Program-made: the position numbers and the translations under genes | Shown: in pieces, positions 10,458 through 22,730 of the stretch | Numbering within the stretch: the stretch's first letter is position 1 | Layout: each line of letters opens with the position of its first letter | Assembly: GCA_013239625.1 (NCBI GenBank) | Contig: MU054323.1 | Location: forward strand, 16,000,029-16,064,028 | DNA length: 64,000 nucleotides | Reading direction: 5' to 3' | Source of the DNA: Lama guanicoe | Taxonomy: Eukaryota | The notes under the pieces: model-generated | Told to the model about the DNA's origin: nothing | Seen by the model: only the letters and a program-made list of their open reading frames with translations | Database searches by the model: none

Positions 10458-13080
10458 GGGAAAGGTGCCAAGATGACAGAGTGGAGACTCACAGCTCACC
10501 CTCTCCCACAAATACACCCAGAATTACACCTACAAACCCTCTGAATTGCACAGAACACTTACTAAACTCTGGCAGAGTATCTCTCGCTTCAAAATACAGG
10601 AGGATTCTCACAAAATCCAGTAAGAGAAAAAAAGAAAAAGAAAAAAAAAAATCAGTGCAGGATCGGTTCTCCAGGGAGGGAGCGACAAAGGAAGAAAAGT
10701 ACACTCAACGATGGGACGCCCCCTATCCAGCCACGAGGTCAGTGGGGACAGAAGCGGAGCTTCCGAGGCTCGGAGGAGAAAGTGGCAGCTGCTTGGCAGA
10801 TGGAACTGGCACAGAGGATCCCTGCAATCCCCGGCCTAGACACCAGCTGGCAGGGACGAGTGGGACTGGCTGCTGGACATCAGTGAGGAGCCCTGGAAGA
10901 GGGCTGGGGCCCACTGCACAGAGGCAGCCTCAGGGGGCCGGAGGGCAGTGTGAGCTCTGGCTGGTGGAGTGTGCAGAACAGAACAGCCTGGGACCCCCAT
11001 AAAAAGGCACCACTGCTGGTGTGTACGGTGAGGAGGGGCACAACGCAGCCACGCCACAGCTGCTTTCTCCAATTGGCTCCATTGTTTGTGTGTTCTCGCG
11101 AGAAGAGAGGTGGGGCTTGGTGCGACAGCGGGGCTGAAAGCTGAATCCACACCCAGCGGCCCTGCAACTTCCTATGGCCCTGCAACTTCACAGGCAGGAC
11201 TGAGATACAGCCCCAGGCAGAAAGGGTGGATTTGCTCTCTCTGGACCCTTTGTGGACCCTCGCCTCTGGGACAAACAGGCAGTGAGTGGAGTTCTGGCAC
11301 ATGGCAGGGGTGAGTAGATGTATTTACAATAGGCCAGTGGACTATACCATATGCTGAGGTGGGGTTGGGGTCTGCGCTGACCCTGTGGCTCACCACGGAT
11401 TCACGTGTGTGACTGCACACTCGCTATGGTGGGTCCTTGCGCCTGACACTGGCAGATTTGTGCTGGTGACTCCTGGGGCCCAGAACCTGGGGGACACCAG
11501 AGTGGGTGGCCAACATTCCTACAGCTAAGGTGCGGACAAAGGCAGCATCAACAAAGAGTACTTTCTAAGCCTGCATAACAAGTGATAGACAACACCACAG
11601 AGGGCACTTCCCAGTGGACATCGCCTGAGGAGATTCAGCAACTCCTTCCCAGCTGAAGCACTCCAACCCTGACTACCACACACCACAGCTCAGAAACCAG
11701 TCTAGAAGCCTCTATTCCAGCAACAGAGGAGCAGACTCGGCCCCTGTCAGGGCTATGACAACCACAGAATGAAAAAGAAGGCCCCACTCAACAACAACAA
11801 TCAAGGCAGGCTCTGATCACACCACCAACCACATCCCCAATCAAAGGGATAACAGGCAACACACATGGAAGAAAGACATGGCAACCATCCATACTAAGAA
11901 CAGCAATCACAACAAAACTATTAGATGCATACAGTCTACACAGGAATGCTCCTACCTTAAATAGAAACAAACAAACAAAAAACAGCCCTTCAAGACCACA
12001 GTAGATAACTGATACTCTAAATCCATAGAGCCAGAGAAATAAAAGTAAATGAAGAAGCAGAGGAACCACTCCCAATTAAAAGAACAAGTGAAATCCCCTG
12101 AAAGAATGAACAATGAGACAGATTTCGACGGTCTACTAGATCATGACTTCAAAAAAGGGGTGATAAAAGCACTGAAGGAAATAAGAGAGATTACGAATAG
12201 AGACAGAGAATTTTGTAAAAAGGAAGCAGAACTATAAAGAGGAGCCAGTTAAAAACAGAAAGCTCAATGGCTGAGATAAGAGCCAAGCTAAAGGCAGTCA
12301 AAAGCAGACCAGATAATGCAGAGGAACAAATAGTGAGTTAGAAGACAGAATAACAGAAGTCACCTAATCAGAATAGCAGGCAGAAAAGCAAGCAAAAACC
12401 AATGAAAGCAATATAAGGGATCTATGGGATAATATGAAGCGTGCCAATCTATGCATAATAGGGGTTCCAGAAGGAGAAGAAAGAGAAAAGGGGATTGAAA
12501 AGGTATTTGAAGAAATCATGACTGAAAACTTTCCAAACATAAAGAAGGAAACAGATATCCAAGTACAGGAAGCACAGAGGGTCCCAAACAAGAAGAATCT
12601 AAACAGACCTCCACCAAGACGTATCATAATTAAGATGACTAAAGTTAAAGATAAAGAAATGATTCGAAAGGCAGCAAGAGAAAAACAAAGAGTTAGTTAT
12701 AAGAGAACCCCCAGAAGGCTTTCAGCTGATTTCTCTACACAAACACTGCAGGCCAAAAGGGATTGGCAAGATATATTCAAAGTGCTGAATGAGAAAAAAA
12801 AAGTCCTGCAACCTAGGATACTCTATCCAGCAAGACTATCCTTTAGAGCAGAAGGAGAGATAAAGAATTTCACAGACAAGCAAAAACTAAAAGAATTCAG
12901 CAATATTAAACCTATCCTAAAAGAAATATTGAAAGGTCTACTCTAAATAGAAATGAAGCAGGAAGCTACAGAAATGAGAAAAACCATAACTGGAAATGTG
13001 ATAACTACAATGATTTGCGAGAGAATAAACATGAAGATGTAAAAAAAAAAAAAGACATCAAAATCATAAAAGAGAAAAAA
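10458..13080 (+). mobile_element. L1 5' portion: 5'UTR, disrupted ORF1, start of inter-ORF spacer; no ORF2
   Basis: Starts ggg...ccaagatg. ORF1 pieces at 12049-12237 and 12434-12946 (NLCIIGVPEGEEREKG...ENFPN...YPARLSF). Confidence 0.92.
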
Positions 13081-13776
13081 AAATCTATATTTTCTTGCTC
13101 CCCTCTCCAAACTTTTATGATTTTATGTCTTTTTATGATTAATTTAGACATTCTGTTAATTGACAATATTTTTTCCAACCTCTTCCTATTAAAAACATGT
13201 TGCGAAGAACAGTTACACATGTTTTCTCTGTGTACACATACATGTCTTTCTCTAGAAGACATACCAAGGAATGAAACTGCTTAATGGTACGGCCAGCACA
13301 CCCCCAACTCTAATACATATTGCCACATTGCCAAATTGTCCTCTAAAAGGGGTGTATCAATTTATACATCCACCAGCAGCATATAATAGTTATTACTGGA
13401 ACATACCTGTGCCAACCCTTCGCACTGTCAGACTCAAATTCTGCCAATCAGATGGGTTTAAAATGATATCTAACTGTTGTTTTGGTTTGCATTTTCCTGA
13501 TTACTATGAAGTAAAACATCTTTTCATGTATTTGTTTTCCTTTTGGGTATCTCTTCTCTGAATGGCCTGTTCAGATCTTTTGGACATGTTTCTATTGAGT
13601 TGCTTGTCTCTGTCTTATTGATTTGTTTGTAGTTCTTTATAAATAAGATACTTTGGTAACACTAATCATCACCACAAAAATTATCTGATTTTTAAGTTTA
13701 GTTTTTAAGTTTAGTTCTCTTTTTTTTTAAACAGAAGCAGAATTCTGTTAATGAACCTTTCAAGTACTCTCCAATT

Positions 13777-13918
13777 TTTTTGTTTTGTTTTGTTTTTGTT
13801 TTGGGGATAATTAGGTTTTTATTTATTTATTTTTTAATGGAGGTACTGGGGATTGAACCCAGAACCTTATGCATGCTAAGCAGGCACTCTACCACTGAGC
13901 TATACACTCCCCCTCCCC
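13777..13918 (-). mobile_element. tRNA-derived SINE
   Basis: A box tagctcagtgg, B box ggttcaatcc, A-rich tail; 16-bp TSD caagtact(c/g)tccaatt at 13761-13776 and 13919-13934. Confidence 0.9.
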
Positions 13919-14209
13919 CAAGTACTGTCCAATTGATAAAAGGGCAGAAGCCAGATCATAGGAATATATGAAAATACAAAGGTGAGCAGGGAGAGAAAGA
14001 TGGGAGAGAAGAGCAGAAAAATTTTGCATTTGAGGAATAGGCGTTAATAAAGAAAGCAGATAGTGAAAAGGTAGCCAAATATTATGGTTTAGTAAGAATA
14101 CATGAGAAAAAAATAGAAAAATTATGATTGGGTACTGGCAGTCATTTTTAAATGAGGAAACACATAGGAAGATAAGATTAACTAGGAAGCTTAGAGACTA
14201 ATACTATAC

Positions 14210-14291
14210 CAATGGAGATAGGAAAGAACAGTTTACTCTGTCACTGTCATCGTTTCTTTCAGATCCATCTTCAGATGTTGATTCTGAAGGT
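14210..14291 (-). CDS. EIF2AK2: PKR exon 8 (linker)
   Basis: 82 nt, PSESTSEDGSERNDDSDRVNCSFLSPL, ends in phase 0. Confidence 0.88.
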
Positions 14292-14459
14292 CTAGAAGAA
14301 AAGGAGACAACTATTAGTTTATGAATTCTGCCTGGTTTTGGTTGATCAGTAATTGCTTTATCTAAATTCTCCATTAACATTAAACGTTTTCACAAAAATT
14401 TTTACTTTCAGGCCACAATTTGAATTTGTAAAAGAACACAGTTATTTGTCCACACTTAC

Positions 14460-14539
14460 GATGTGCTTGTTGCCGAAGAGCTGCTTTTGGTATCACCAGG
14501 CAGAGTATGGAAAGAACCGGAGGATGGCGAATCAGCTTT
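14460..14539 (-). CDS. EIF2AK2: PKR exon 7 (linker)
   Basis: 80 nt, KADSPSSGSFHTLPGDTKSSSSATST, ttcAG / GTAAGT. Confidence 0.9.
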
Positions 14540-14706
14540 CTGAAAGATTAAGTGCAACTCAGTTACTTCTCCATAGCAGCTCAGTCTCTCTGAACTAAAT
14601 ACCATCTATTTCCCCCACATTTACCAAATTCACAGCCATAAACAATTACGAGATTAATACATTTTTTAATGGAATGTTTGATCTGGATTTAAAAAAAAAA
14701 ACAACC

Positions 14707-14853
14707 CTAGGGGTAGAATATAGCTCAGTGGTAGAGTGCATACTTAGCATGCACGAGGTCCTGGGTTCAATCTCGTGTACCCCTGTTAAAAAATAAAAAT
14801 AAATAAACCTAATTACCTCTCCCCCTAGAAAACCAAAAATAAACAAACTAACT
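14707..14853 (+). mobile_element. tRNA-derived SINE
   Basis: Same family as 13777-13918, opposite strand; TSD aaaaaacaacc at 14696-14706 and 14854-14864. Confidence 0.9.
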
Positions 14854-15052
14854 AAAAAACAACCTTGAGTTGTCAACAGAACTGTGATCCCTCTGGGGCC
14901 TCATGGCCCCGTGGTTCATAGCTCATTGGTGGGACACAGAATGGAGGAATCTGTGATTGGCTGTCTTGGCATCATTCAAACAGTGTCTAACCACAAATCA
15001 ACTTCAGAGAGAATTTTAAAATATAAAAATTAAATCCAAAGGCAGTACGTAC

Positions 15053-15176
15053 CATTAGGCCTTCTGATTGTATCTGATCATAAGCCAGTTTAGCAGCCAA
15101 TTGTTTTGCATCCTGTTTAGTGGAACCTACACCAATACCATATTCGTTTTGTCCAATTTTGCATTTATAATGAAAT
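15053..15176 (-). CDS. EIF2AK2: PKR exon 6 (dsRBM2 C-half)
   Basis: 124 nt, [41 protein letters not shown]. Confidence 0.97.
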
Positions 15177-16972
15177 CTAGGAGAAATCATAAAGAGTATA
15201 AACCCAAATACCAAAAAACTAACTCTAACTTAAGAGTTGGAAAAAAACCACACAGTGACAAAGGCCTAAACATAACACTAATTTAATAGGTAGATCCATA
15301 GCTCATATCTTCTTTCATTTAAATCTCCAATGAGATGGCCAACCAGTTTGCCAGAATAACCAGGATTGGCTGACGTCTCAGCTTACATTTTCTAGGTAAC
15401 TTCTAACTCTTTGTTGCGTCACTGAAAGATATGGCATTAAGGTACCAAGTGGTGATTTTTTTAAATTCCCCCAAAGTCAAAAGATATGGAGGTAGAGAAA
15501 TAAAAGAGAGATCCAGTGAATTTTTCAGAGATGTTCAACTGGGAAGAAAAAGCCAGTAGAGGAAGTGGAGCTTATGCAGGAGAAACAATGTTACAGTGTT
15601 TTGTGTTTCACAGGGGATGGGCAAAGCATCTCCAACTTCAGCTCTTAACATTAGCATTTTCTGCCTCCTGCTCATGTGCACAAAAACCTAAGAAAATCCC
15701 CACAAAAGCCCCATGCTGAAGTTGACCCCCTTCTAATGAGAGCTGTAAGGATATTTGTGGTTAGGCAAGGAACCTAGAACAATTATTTAAGAACTACATT
15801 AAAGGTGGCAACAGATATGGCAATATATATCATGGTGTTACCACGTGGTGCTACAGAATTACTGCAGTATTATTTGCTATAGCGGTAGGCTCCAGGGTGA
15901 GTCTTCCCCGCTAGGCTCTGAAAGGAAAATTAGGGAGCTGTTCTGAGTGACTGGATTATTTCTAGAGCTCCCATTTTTCTCAGGCATGCCCTAAGTAGAC
16001 TTCTCTCTTTTAACAATCAAATGTTAATGCCCTTAATTCAAAGGAACCAGACAGGTGAGCTATGGGAAAATAAAATAACCTCTTAATTTACTGAGATTGA
16101 CTCACAGAATTCACTTTTGACTACTTCGCTCCAATGAATCCTATCACATTCTTCTCTTTCTGGTTCTGGCCTAAAAGCCGTCAGGGTGAAAAGTAAAATG
16201 TCAATAGCTGAGTCAATTCAGAGGCCCATATCCTGAAGTGGTTGTTTGAACTATTTGCTATTTAGACTTTTTTCCCCCTTCTCCCTCATTTAACGGGTTG
16301 GTTGCAGCTGAGAAACAATCTCCCTCATGCTTATTTACTTTCTGCTTTTCCCAGTTCCAATCCATTCATCATCCTCACTTCCAAAGTCTTAGCTCACCAG
16401 TGGTGTCCTCAGTGTCTCTGACTGACGCTCTCACCTGTCCCCCTCATCACATCCCTCACATCCTGGTCTCTTCACAGCCCAGGGCGAAACCCATTCCTTC
16501 TAGTACATGGTACTTGTCTAGAGGGTTAATCAAATCTGAAGGGCAAACACCTGGTCAAACAGCTCTCTACTCTGACAAGAGTGGAAAGACTGTTATTCCA
16601 CACAGCTGGTAGATATGTTTGCACATGGCCACTGCTGCTGGGACCTCAGGGATGGGACGACCTTCACAGCCCTGGAGCAGGGGCATCCCACCCTCTCTTA
16701 GGTTTCCTGAGGACTTAACCACCCAGATATACCTCAGAAATAAAGGGTTCCCTAGATTTGATCAGTTATGGGATGTGGGCCCCAAGTCTTCAGCAATTAA
16801 GCATTTTAATGTTTTAATGACAAAGATGTCCAATTGCTTATAAGCAATAAATAAAACCTTCCTTGTAGAATGTACCAAAAAGGACAAATATTTTCTAGAA
16901 AATGAGACATCAAAATAAGCCTGCTCCGTTGCTTAGACAGAATGAAGCAGAAGGAAAAGCACGACATCTCAC

Positions 16973-17112
16973 CTTTCGGGCCCATCTTCCCTCAACTCAC
17001 ATTCTTCATAATTTACAGATAGGTTATTCTTCTGGGCAATTGTATTAACACGGCCTATGTAATTCTCGATGGGTGGTCCTTCTGAACGATTCGTTGATGA
17101 AGGATTAATTGT
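16973..17112 (-). CDS. EIF2AK2: PKR exon 5 (dsRBM2 N-half)
   Basis: 140 nt, TINPSSTNRSEGPPIENYIGRVNTIAQKNNLSVNYEECELREDGPE. Confidence 0.95.
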
Positions 17113-18682
17113 CTACAAAGAAAAAAATGAAAATGACGTTTTGTTTATTACAGATGACAACCAGGATTTAACTCTCTCTTTTTTTGTCTAATGAAATTAC
17201 TAAATGAATAATTTGAAAGACAACTTAGATTTTATAGATTTTCTGACTATAGTATCTTAATAAAAGTGTAAGTATATACCTTTCTCTGCCAGAAAAAAAT
17301 CACAAAGATAAATTTTACCAATAGAAAAGAAATCACCTTTTTTCCTCTTACAGTTTCATAAGGAAAAAGAAGAGTCAATGTTCTTGTTTATCCAGATGGA
17401 ATTCTGTAACACTTTCTAGTTTGCTGTACCCAATGTAAATCTCAAAGAACAAGGTATCAAATACTGAAGTAAAGCTTTATTCTGGATCACAACTTAATGG
17501 GAAACATGACCATAATAGCATATTCCCCCCACTGTTATCTGCCCCCTTTAAAATTCTTAATCCAACAAAATCTTGTCCAAAGTTTTTCTACTTTATTAAC
17601 CTTGTCAAAGAACTAACTTTTGCTGATTTTCTTTATTATTTCTTTGTTGTTGTTTTTTTTCACATCAATCTCTCTCCTTATTGTTACCATTGTCTTATTT
17701 CTGCTTTGGGGGAGGAGGAGGTAGTCTGTTGTTCTTTTTCTAACTTCTTGACTTGCTTTTCTGGCTCATTCACAATTTATGAGTTTGTGATTTCTGCCTG
17801 ATTTATTTTCTCTCAGTTTTGATCAGGAGGGTGACATCTTCAAGTAAGATTTTTTAGGAAAGTATCTTTCAAAAATTTTTTGATTTTTTAAAATTATTTT
17901 TTAATTTTAATTTTTTTAGGAAAGTATCTTGAATACCAAAGTTTTCCAAACTTTTCAAAATCTGAGAATGATCCTCTTTTATTCCACATGTAAAATGACT
18001 TCTTGTCTCATTTTACAGCTGCTGCTCACTCTCACTCTGGTTTTTAATGTTGCTATGGACAGCATGATAGTTTTTTCATTTTTACATTTTTATATCATTT
18101 CTTCTGTCCAGATACCTGTAAAATTCTTTCTTCATCCCTAGAACTCAGTGCTTTCAAAAGGGTCAAAATTGCTCTTGGTGGTTCTGTATTTTTCTGTATC
18201 TGTTGAGTTCCTGGGTTTTAAAAATCTGCAGCCAGGTCTTTCTTTATTTCAGAAATATTTCTACCGAAATCTCTTCAGATAGCTTTTTCTGTACTAGTTA
18301 GTCTCATCTTCAGGGATATATTCATATCTGCCCTCCATATACATCATTCTCCCCACAGTCACTTCCATTTCTGTCCTTTTCCACTGCATTCCCTCAGTTA
18401 GGTGGAGGGGCTCCTGCCAGAACATGTTAGTTCATTTCTCACTGTTTCCTTAGGGTACATCAATGCTATTGACACTCTAAAGCTATTGTCCACTTTTGCC
18501 CACTCTTTTCCGCATGTACCTCTCATTCAGGAGCCAGCAAAAAACACTGAACTAAACGTCCGAAAGCAAGACAACTTGTAAATGGCTTCAGTTCTGTATG
18601 TGAGTATTTTCTCAGAGAGAAAAATACAAAATATATTTGTGAGTTCCCTTTCACCAGGAAAAACAAAAAGGCAATTACTCAC

Positions 18683-18803
18683 CTTGTGTTCTTTGTTAAT
18701 TATTTCAAAAGCTAATCTGGCTGCAGCATTTTTGGCTTCCTTCTTTGATCTACCTTCAGCTTCTGGAAATTTCTTTTCATCTATTATAACTTGATATGTA
18801 AAC
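18683..18803 (-). CDS. EIF2AK2: PKR exon 4 (dsRBM1 C-half)
   Basis: 121 nt, [40 protein letters not shown]. Confidence 0.97.
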
Positions 18804-19169
18804 CTGATTACAAAGAAAATGTTCACAAAATATTATAAAACTCGTGCATGATCGAACAACAAGTGTTACAATCACCACTGCCTCCTATGACTCCCTTTGA
18901 AAAGTTTAGCCTATGTTCCATTTAGAATTTAAGCAGTCATCCCCAAGCAGCAAAGTAACATATCACCTTGAAGCATGGAAAGGCTTATGCCCTCTTTTTC
19001 CTCTGGAGTCCTCTGAAGTTACCACTTTACGTCAAGAGGACTCTCAGAGTACTCTCTAGCAACTCTGTTCTCAGGGTAAATAATTGACTTCAGAATTGTG
19101 CCAGAGTTGCCATTCTCCCAGTTTGTATTTTCTAGAGATATACCTTTTTTTTTTTAAATAGCAATTTAC

Positions 19170-19288
19170 CTTGAGTTATGTGGAGGTCCTGTCCTAGACA
19201 GTTCACAATACCTAAGTACTGCATTGTTCCTTTGTTGGTATCTATTAAGTTCTTCTATGTAGAAACACGGTGAACGTCCACTGGCCAT
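19170..19288 (-). CDS. EIF2AK2: PKR exon 3, first coding exon
   Basis: ATG at 19288; MASGRSPCFYIEELNRYQQRNNAVLRYCELSRTGPPHNS. The acceptor places the exon start at 19304. Confidence 0.96.
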
Positions 19289-19829
19289 TTCTTCCTCCAG
19301 TAAACTATAATAAAAAGGATGTTTGAAAGAGGTGATACACTCAGAACATATTTAACCTAATTTTCCCAATTCAGTTTAAGAGACTAAACAGGGTAAGATG
19401 ACCCTACTTTATATGAACCATCTCAGCCCCTCATAAATCCAGAGAAAACTTTCTTATAAAATCTTTCTTTCTCTCTCATGGACAACACAATCAATGTAAT
19501 TTCTCCAAAATTTTCTACTTTCAAAACTCACCTGGCCAAAAAATGCAGGCGGTCTTTCTCTTTAACTTTGCTTTCTGCTTCCCCTGCAGGAGTAGAATTA
19601 GAATTCTTTATGTTCAGAAAAAAGAGGTTGAGAATATATATATGAAGTGGAGTTTATGAAATCATGAAGGATTTAGCTGTATGGATTCTCCTATGAAATC
19701 TCCCAATCCCCCCCTTTGAAATTTGCAGAAGTCACTTTTAGGACAATTTAGCTGGCAGGCAAATTATGGCCCCAGTTTATGGTTCCCACTGGACTGAGAT
19801 AGTAGCAATGATTTAAATTATAAACAAAA

Positions 19830-20790
19830 TCTAAAGAATATAGAATCTAAATATAAGAGCCAAAGCTATAAAAATTTAAAAGAAAACGTAAGGGTGAACC
19901 TTCACAACCTTAGATTTGGCAATGAAATCTTAACTATGACAGTAAAAGCATAAGCAACAAAAGAAAACTGATAAATGGGACCTCATCAAAACTAAAAATG
20001 TTTGTATATCAAAGGACCCTATGAAGAAAATGAAAAGATAATCTACAGAAAGGGATATTTATAAATAACATATCTGATAAAGGTCTAGTATCCAGAGTAT
20101 ATAAAGAACTTGCACAACTCAACAACAAAGAGTCAACCCAGTGAAAGAGTAGGCAAAGGACTTGAACAGGCATTTCTCCAAAGAAGACATACAAATGGCC
20201 AACAACCGCATGAAAAAGATGTTCAATATCATTAGTCATTAGAGAAATGCAAATCAAAACCACAACTAGGTAACACTACACACCCACTAGGCTGGTAACA
20301 GTAATAATACAGAAAGTAAATGTGCTAGTGAGGATACAGAGATTGGAAACCTCACAAAGTGCTGACGGAAATGTAAAGCGATGCAGAGCAGCCTCTATGG
20401 AAAAGAATTTTGTTCTTCAAAAAGTTAAATTTAGAATTACCATATGATCCGGCAAGTTCACTCCCAGGTGTACACCCAAAGAACTGAAAAACAGGTTTTC
20501 AAATACTTATACAGGAGTGTTCACAGCAGCCCTATTCACAGCAGCCCAAAAGTGGAAACAAATCAAATACTTACCAACTGATGAAGGATAAACAAAACAT
20601 TACATATGCACACATGGAATCTTATTCAGCCTTAAAAGAAGCAAGTATTGAAACACGCTACAATATAGCTAAATGTCAAAAATACGCTAAATGAAAGAAG
20701 TCAAACATAAAAGATCACATACTGTATGATTCCATTTATGTGAAATATCCAGAATAGGTAAATCTATAGAGACAGAAAGCCGACCTTGTT
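19830..20790 (+). mobile_element. Old L1 ORF2 3' end / 3'UTR fragment
   Basis: Degenerate L1 motifs (catttctccaaagaagacatacaaatggccaac; agagaaatgcaaatcaaaaccaca). Confidence 0.85.
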
Positions 20791-21404
20791 GACCTCTCAT
20801 TTCTTATTAGAAAGCTCTTTTGATTTTCCTTCTTTCATGGCCACACTTTCTTTCTAACACTCTTTAATCTTCACAGCCTTTAAATGCTGGATTTCCCCAA
20901 AGCTTGGTCCAAAGACTCTATTCTCTTCATTCTATACTTTCTCTTCAAGGTGATTTCTCTCATGGCCATGATTTCAACAATCATCTATTTGTCATTAACT
21001 CTAAAGTTCATATATCATTTATGAATCTCTCTCTGAGTTTCAGATCTCTCTATTGAATCTCTCCACTTGGACATCTTGAATGACTTTCAAACTCAAAAGA
21101 TCCAAAATTGCATTTATAATCTTCCCTCAAGCTGGTTTGGAGTTTTCTTTCTCAGAAAATGACTCCACTGTCCACCATGTCTGAAAGCCATGAGTCTGGG
21201 AGGCATCCTTGACATGTCCTTTCCCTACCTTCTGATCTATACCTAAGTCCCATCCCCCCAAATCCTTCCACTTCTCAACAATGTCTGTAGACACCACCCT
21301 GCTTCAAGCCATCACCATCTCACTCCTGGACTGCTGCAAGAACCTCAGAACCAGCTCCTCATAGCCACTGCAATTCCTTCTCTACGTTGCAGCCATCATG
21401 ATTT

Positions 21405-22036
21405 GTTTTTAATTGAAGTATAGTCAGTTTACAATGTTGTGTCAATTTCTGGTATACAGCACAATACTTCAGTCATACAGGAACATACATATATTTGTTT
21501 TTGTATTCTTTAACCGTAAGTTACTGCAATATATTGAATATGGTTCCCTGTGCTATACAGTATAAACTTGTTGTTTATCTTTTTTTAATTTAAAAAAATT
21601 TTTAATTGTTTATTAATTTATTTATTTATTTAGTGCAGGGAGGAAGTGATTAGTTTATTTATTTATTGCACAATTTGTTCTTTTATTTCTTATGTAACAG
21701 GGGAATCTTTTAAATTAATTTTTAGTTAATCAAAGCTGTGCATATATAGCTTTCTATAAGCAGTCTAAACATCAAATAATTCAACTAGTAAAAATTGTTT
21801 CTAATCATTATGTAACATTCATGTGGTTTAAAATTCAAAAAGTGCAAAATGTATACTATGAAAAATCTCCCTACCTCTTGGGGAGTGATGGAAATGTTAG
21901 CTATCTTTATTTATGTATGCACATATGTATATATGTATATATGTATTTATTTTTCAGTGGAGGTACTGGGGATTGAACCCAGGACCTAGTGCTTGCTAAG
22001 CATGCACTCTACCACTTGAGCTATATCCTCGCCACT
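21405..22036 (-). mobile_element. Composite: tRNA-SINE with an internal ~240-bp insert and an L1 3' end at its tail
   Basis: SINE head ~21955-22030, SINE tail ~21600-21666, L1 3' end ~21405-21580; outer direct repeat catcatgattt at 21394-21404 and 22037-22047. Confidence 0.7.
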
Positions 22037-22049
22037 CATCATGATTTAA

Positions 22050-22730
22050 AAAAATTTTTTTCATTGTTGTAAAATATACATAGCATGAAATTGATCCTTT
22101 TTACCATTTTTAAGTGTGCAATTCAAGGCAGTATACATTTGCATGTAACATAAAATTTACCCTTTTTTTAACTGTACAATTTATAGGCAATAGCATTTTC
22201 ACAAAATGTTGTAAGGTCATCATCACCATCCATCTCCAAAATTCTTCTCATCTCCCCAAACAGAAAATCTGTATCCTTTAAACAATAACTTCCCATTTCC
22301 CTTCCCCCCTCAGCCCCTGGTTACCACCATTCTAGTTTCTATTTCTTGAATCTGCCTATTCTAGGTACCTCATATAAGTGGAATCATACAATATTTGTCC
22401 TTTTGTGTCTGGTTATTTCACTTTGCCCAGTGTCTTCAATGTGTTCCTCTGTGTTGTAGAACGTGTCAGAATTTCCTTCCCTTTTTAAGGCTGAATAATA
22501 TTCCTCTGTGTGGATATACCGTATTTTGTTAATCCATTCATCTGTTGATGAACACTTGGGTTATTTCACCATTTTGGCTATTGTGAATAACGGTGATTGC
22601 TGAATCATATGGTAATTCTATGTTTAACTTTTTGGGGAATTGCCAGATTATTTTCCACAGTGGCTGCACCACTCTATTTCTACCAGCAATGCACAAGGGT
22701 TCCAGTTTCTCCACATCCTCACCCTGTCTA
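22050..22730 (-). mobile_element. Old L1 3' fragment
   Basis: Typical L1M 3'UTR/ORF2-end text (ggctgaataatattcc..., gtggctgcacca). Confidence 0.8.

Noticed and set aside
10481..11420. Several 60-170 aa ORFs on both strands
   Set aside because: They lie in the GC-rich L1 5'UTR; stop-poor composition explains them.
13840..13915. tRNA-like sequences with A/B boxes (also ~14710, ~21960, ~33830)
   Set aside because: They have A-rich tails, TSDs and mutual divergence, so they are SINE heads, not tRNA genes.
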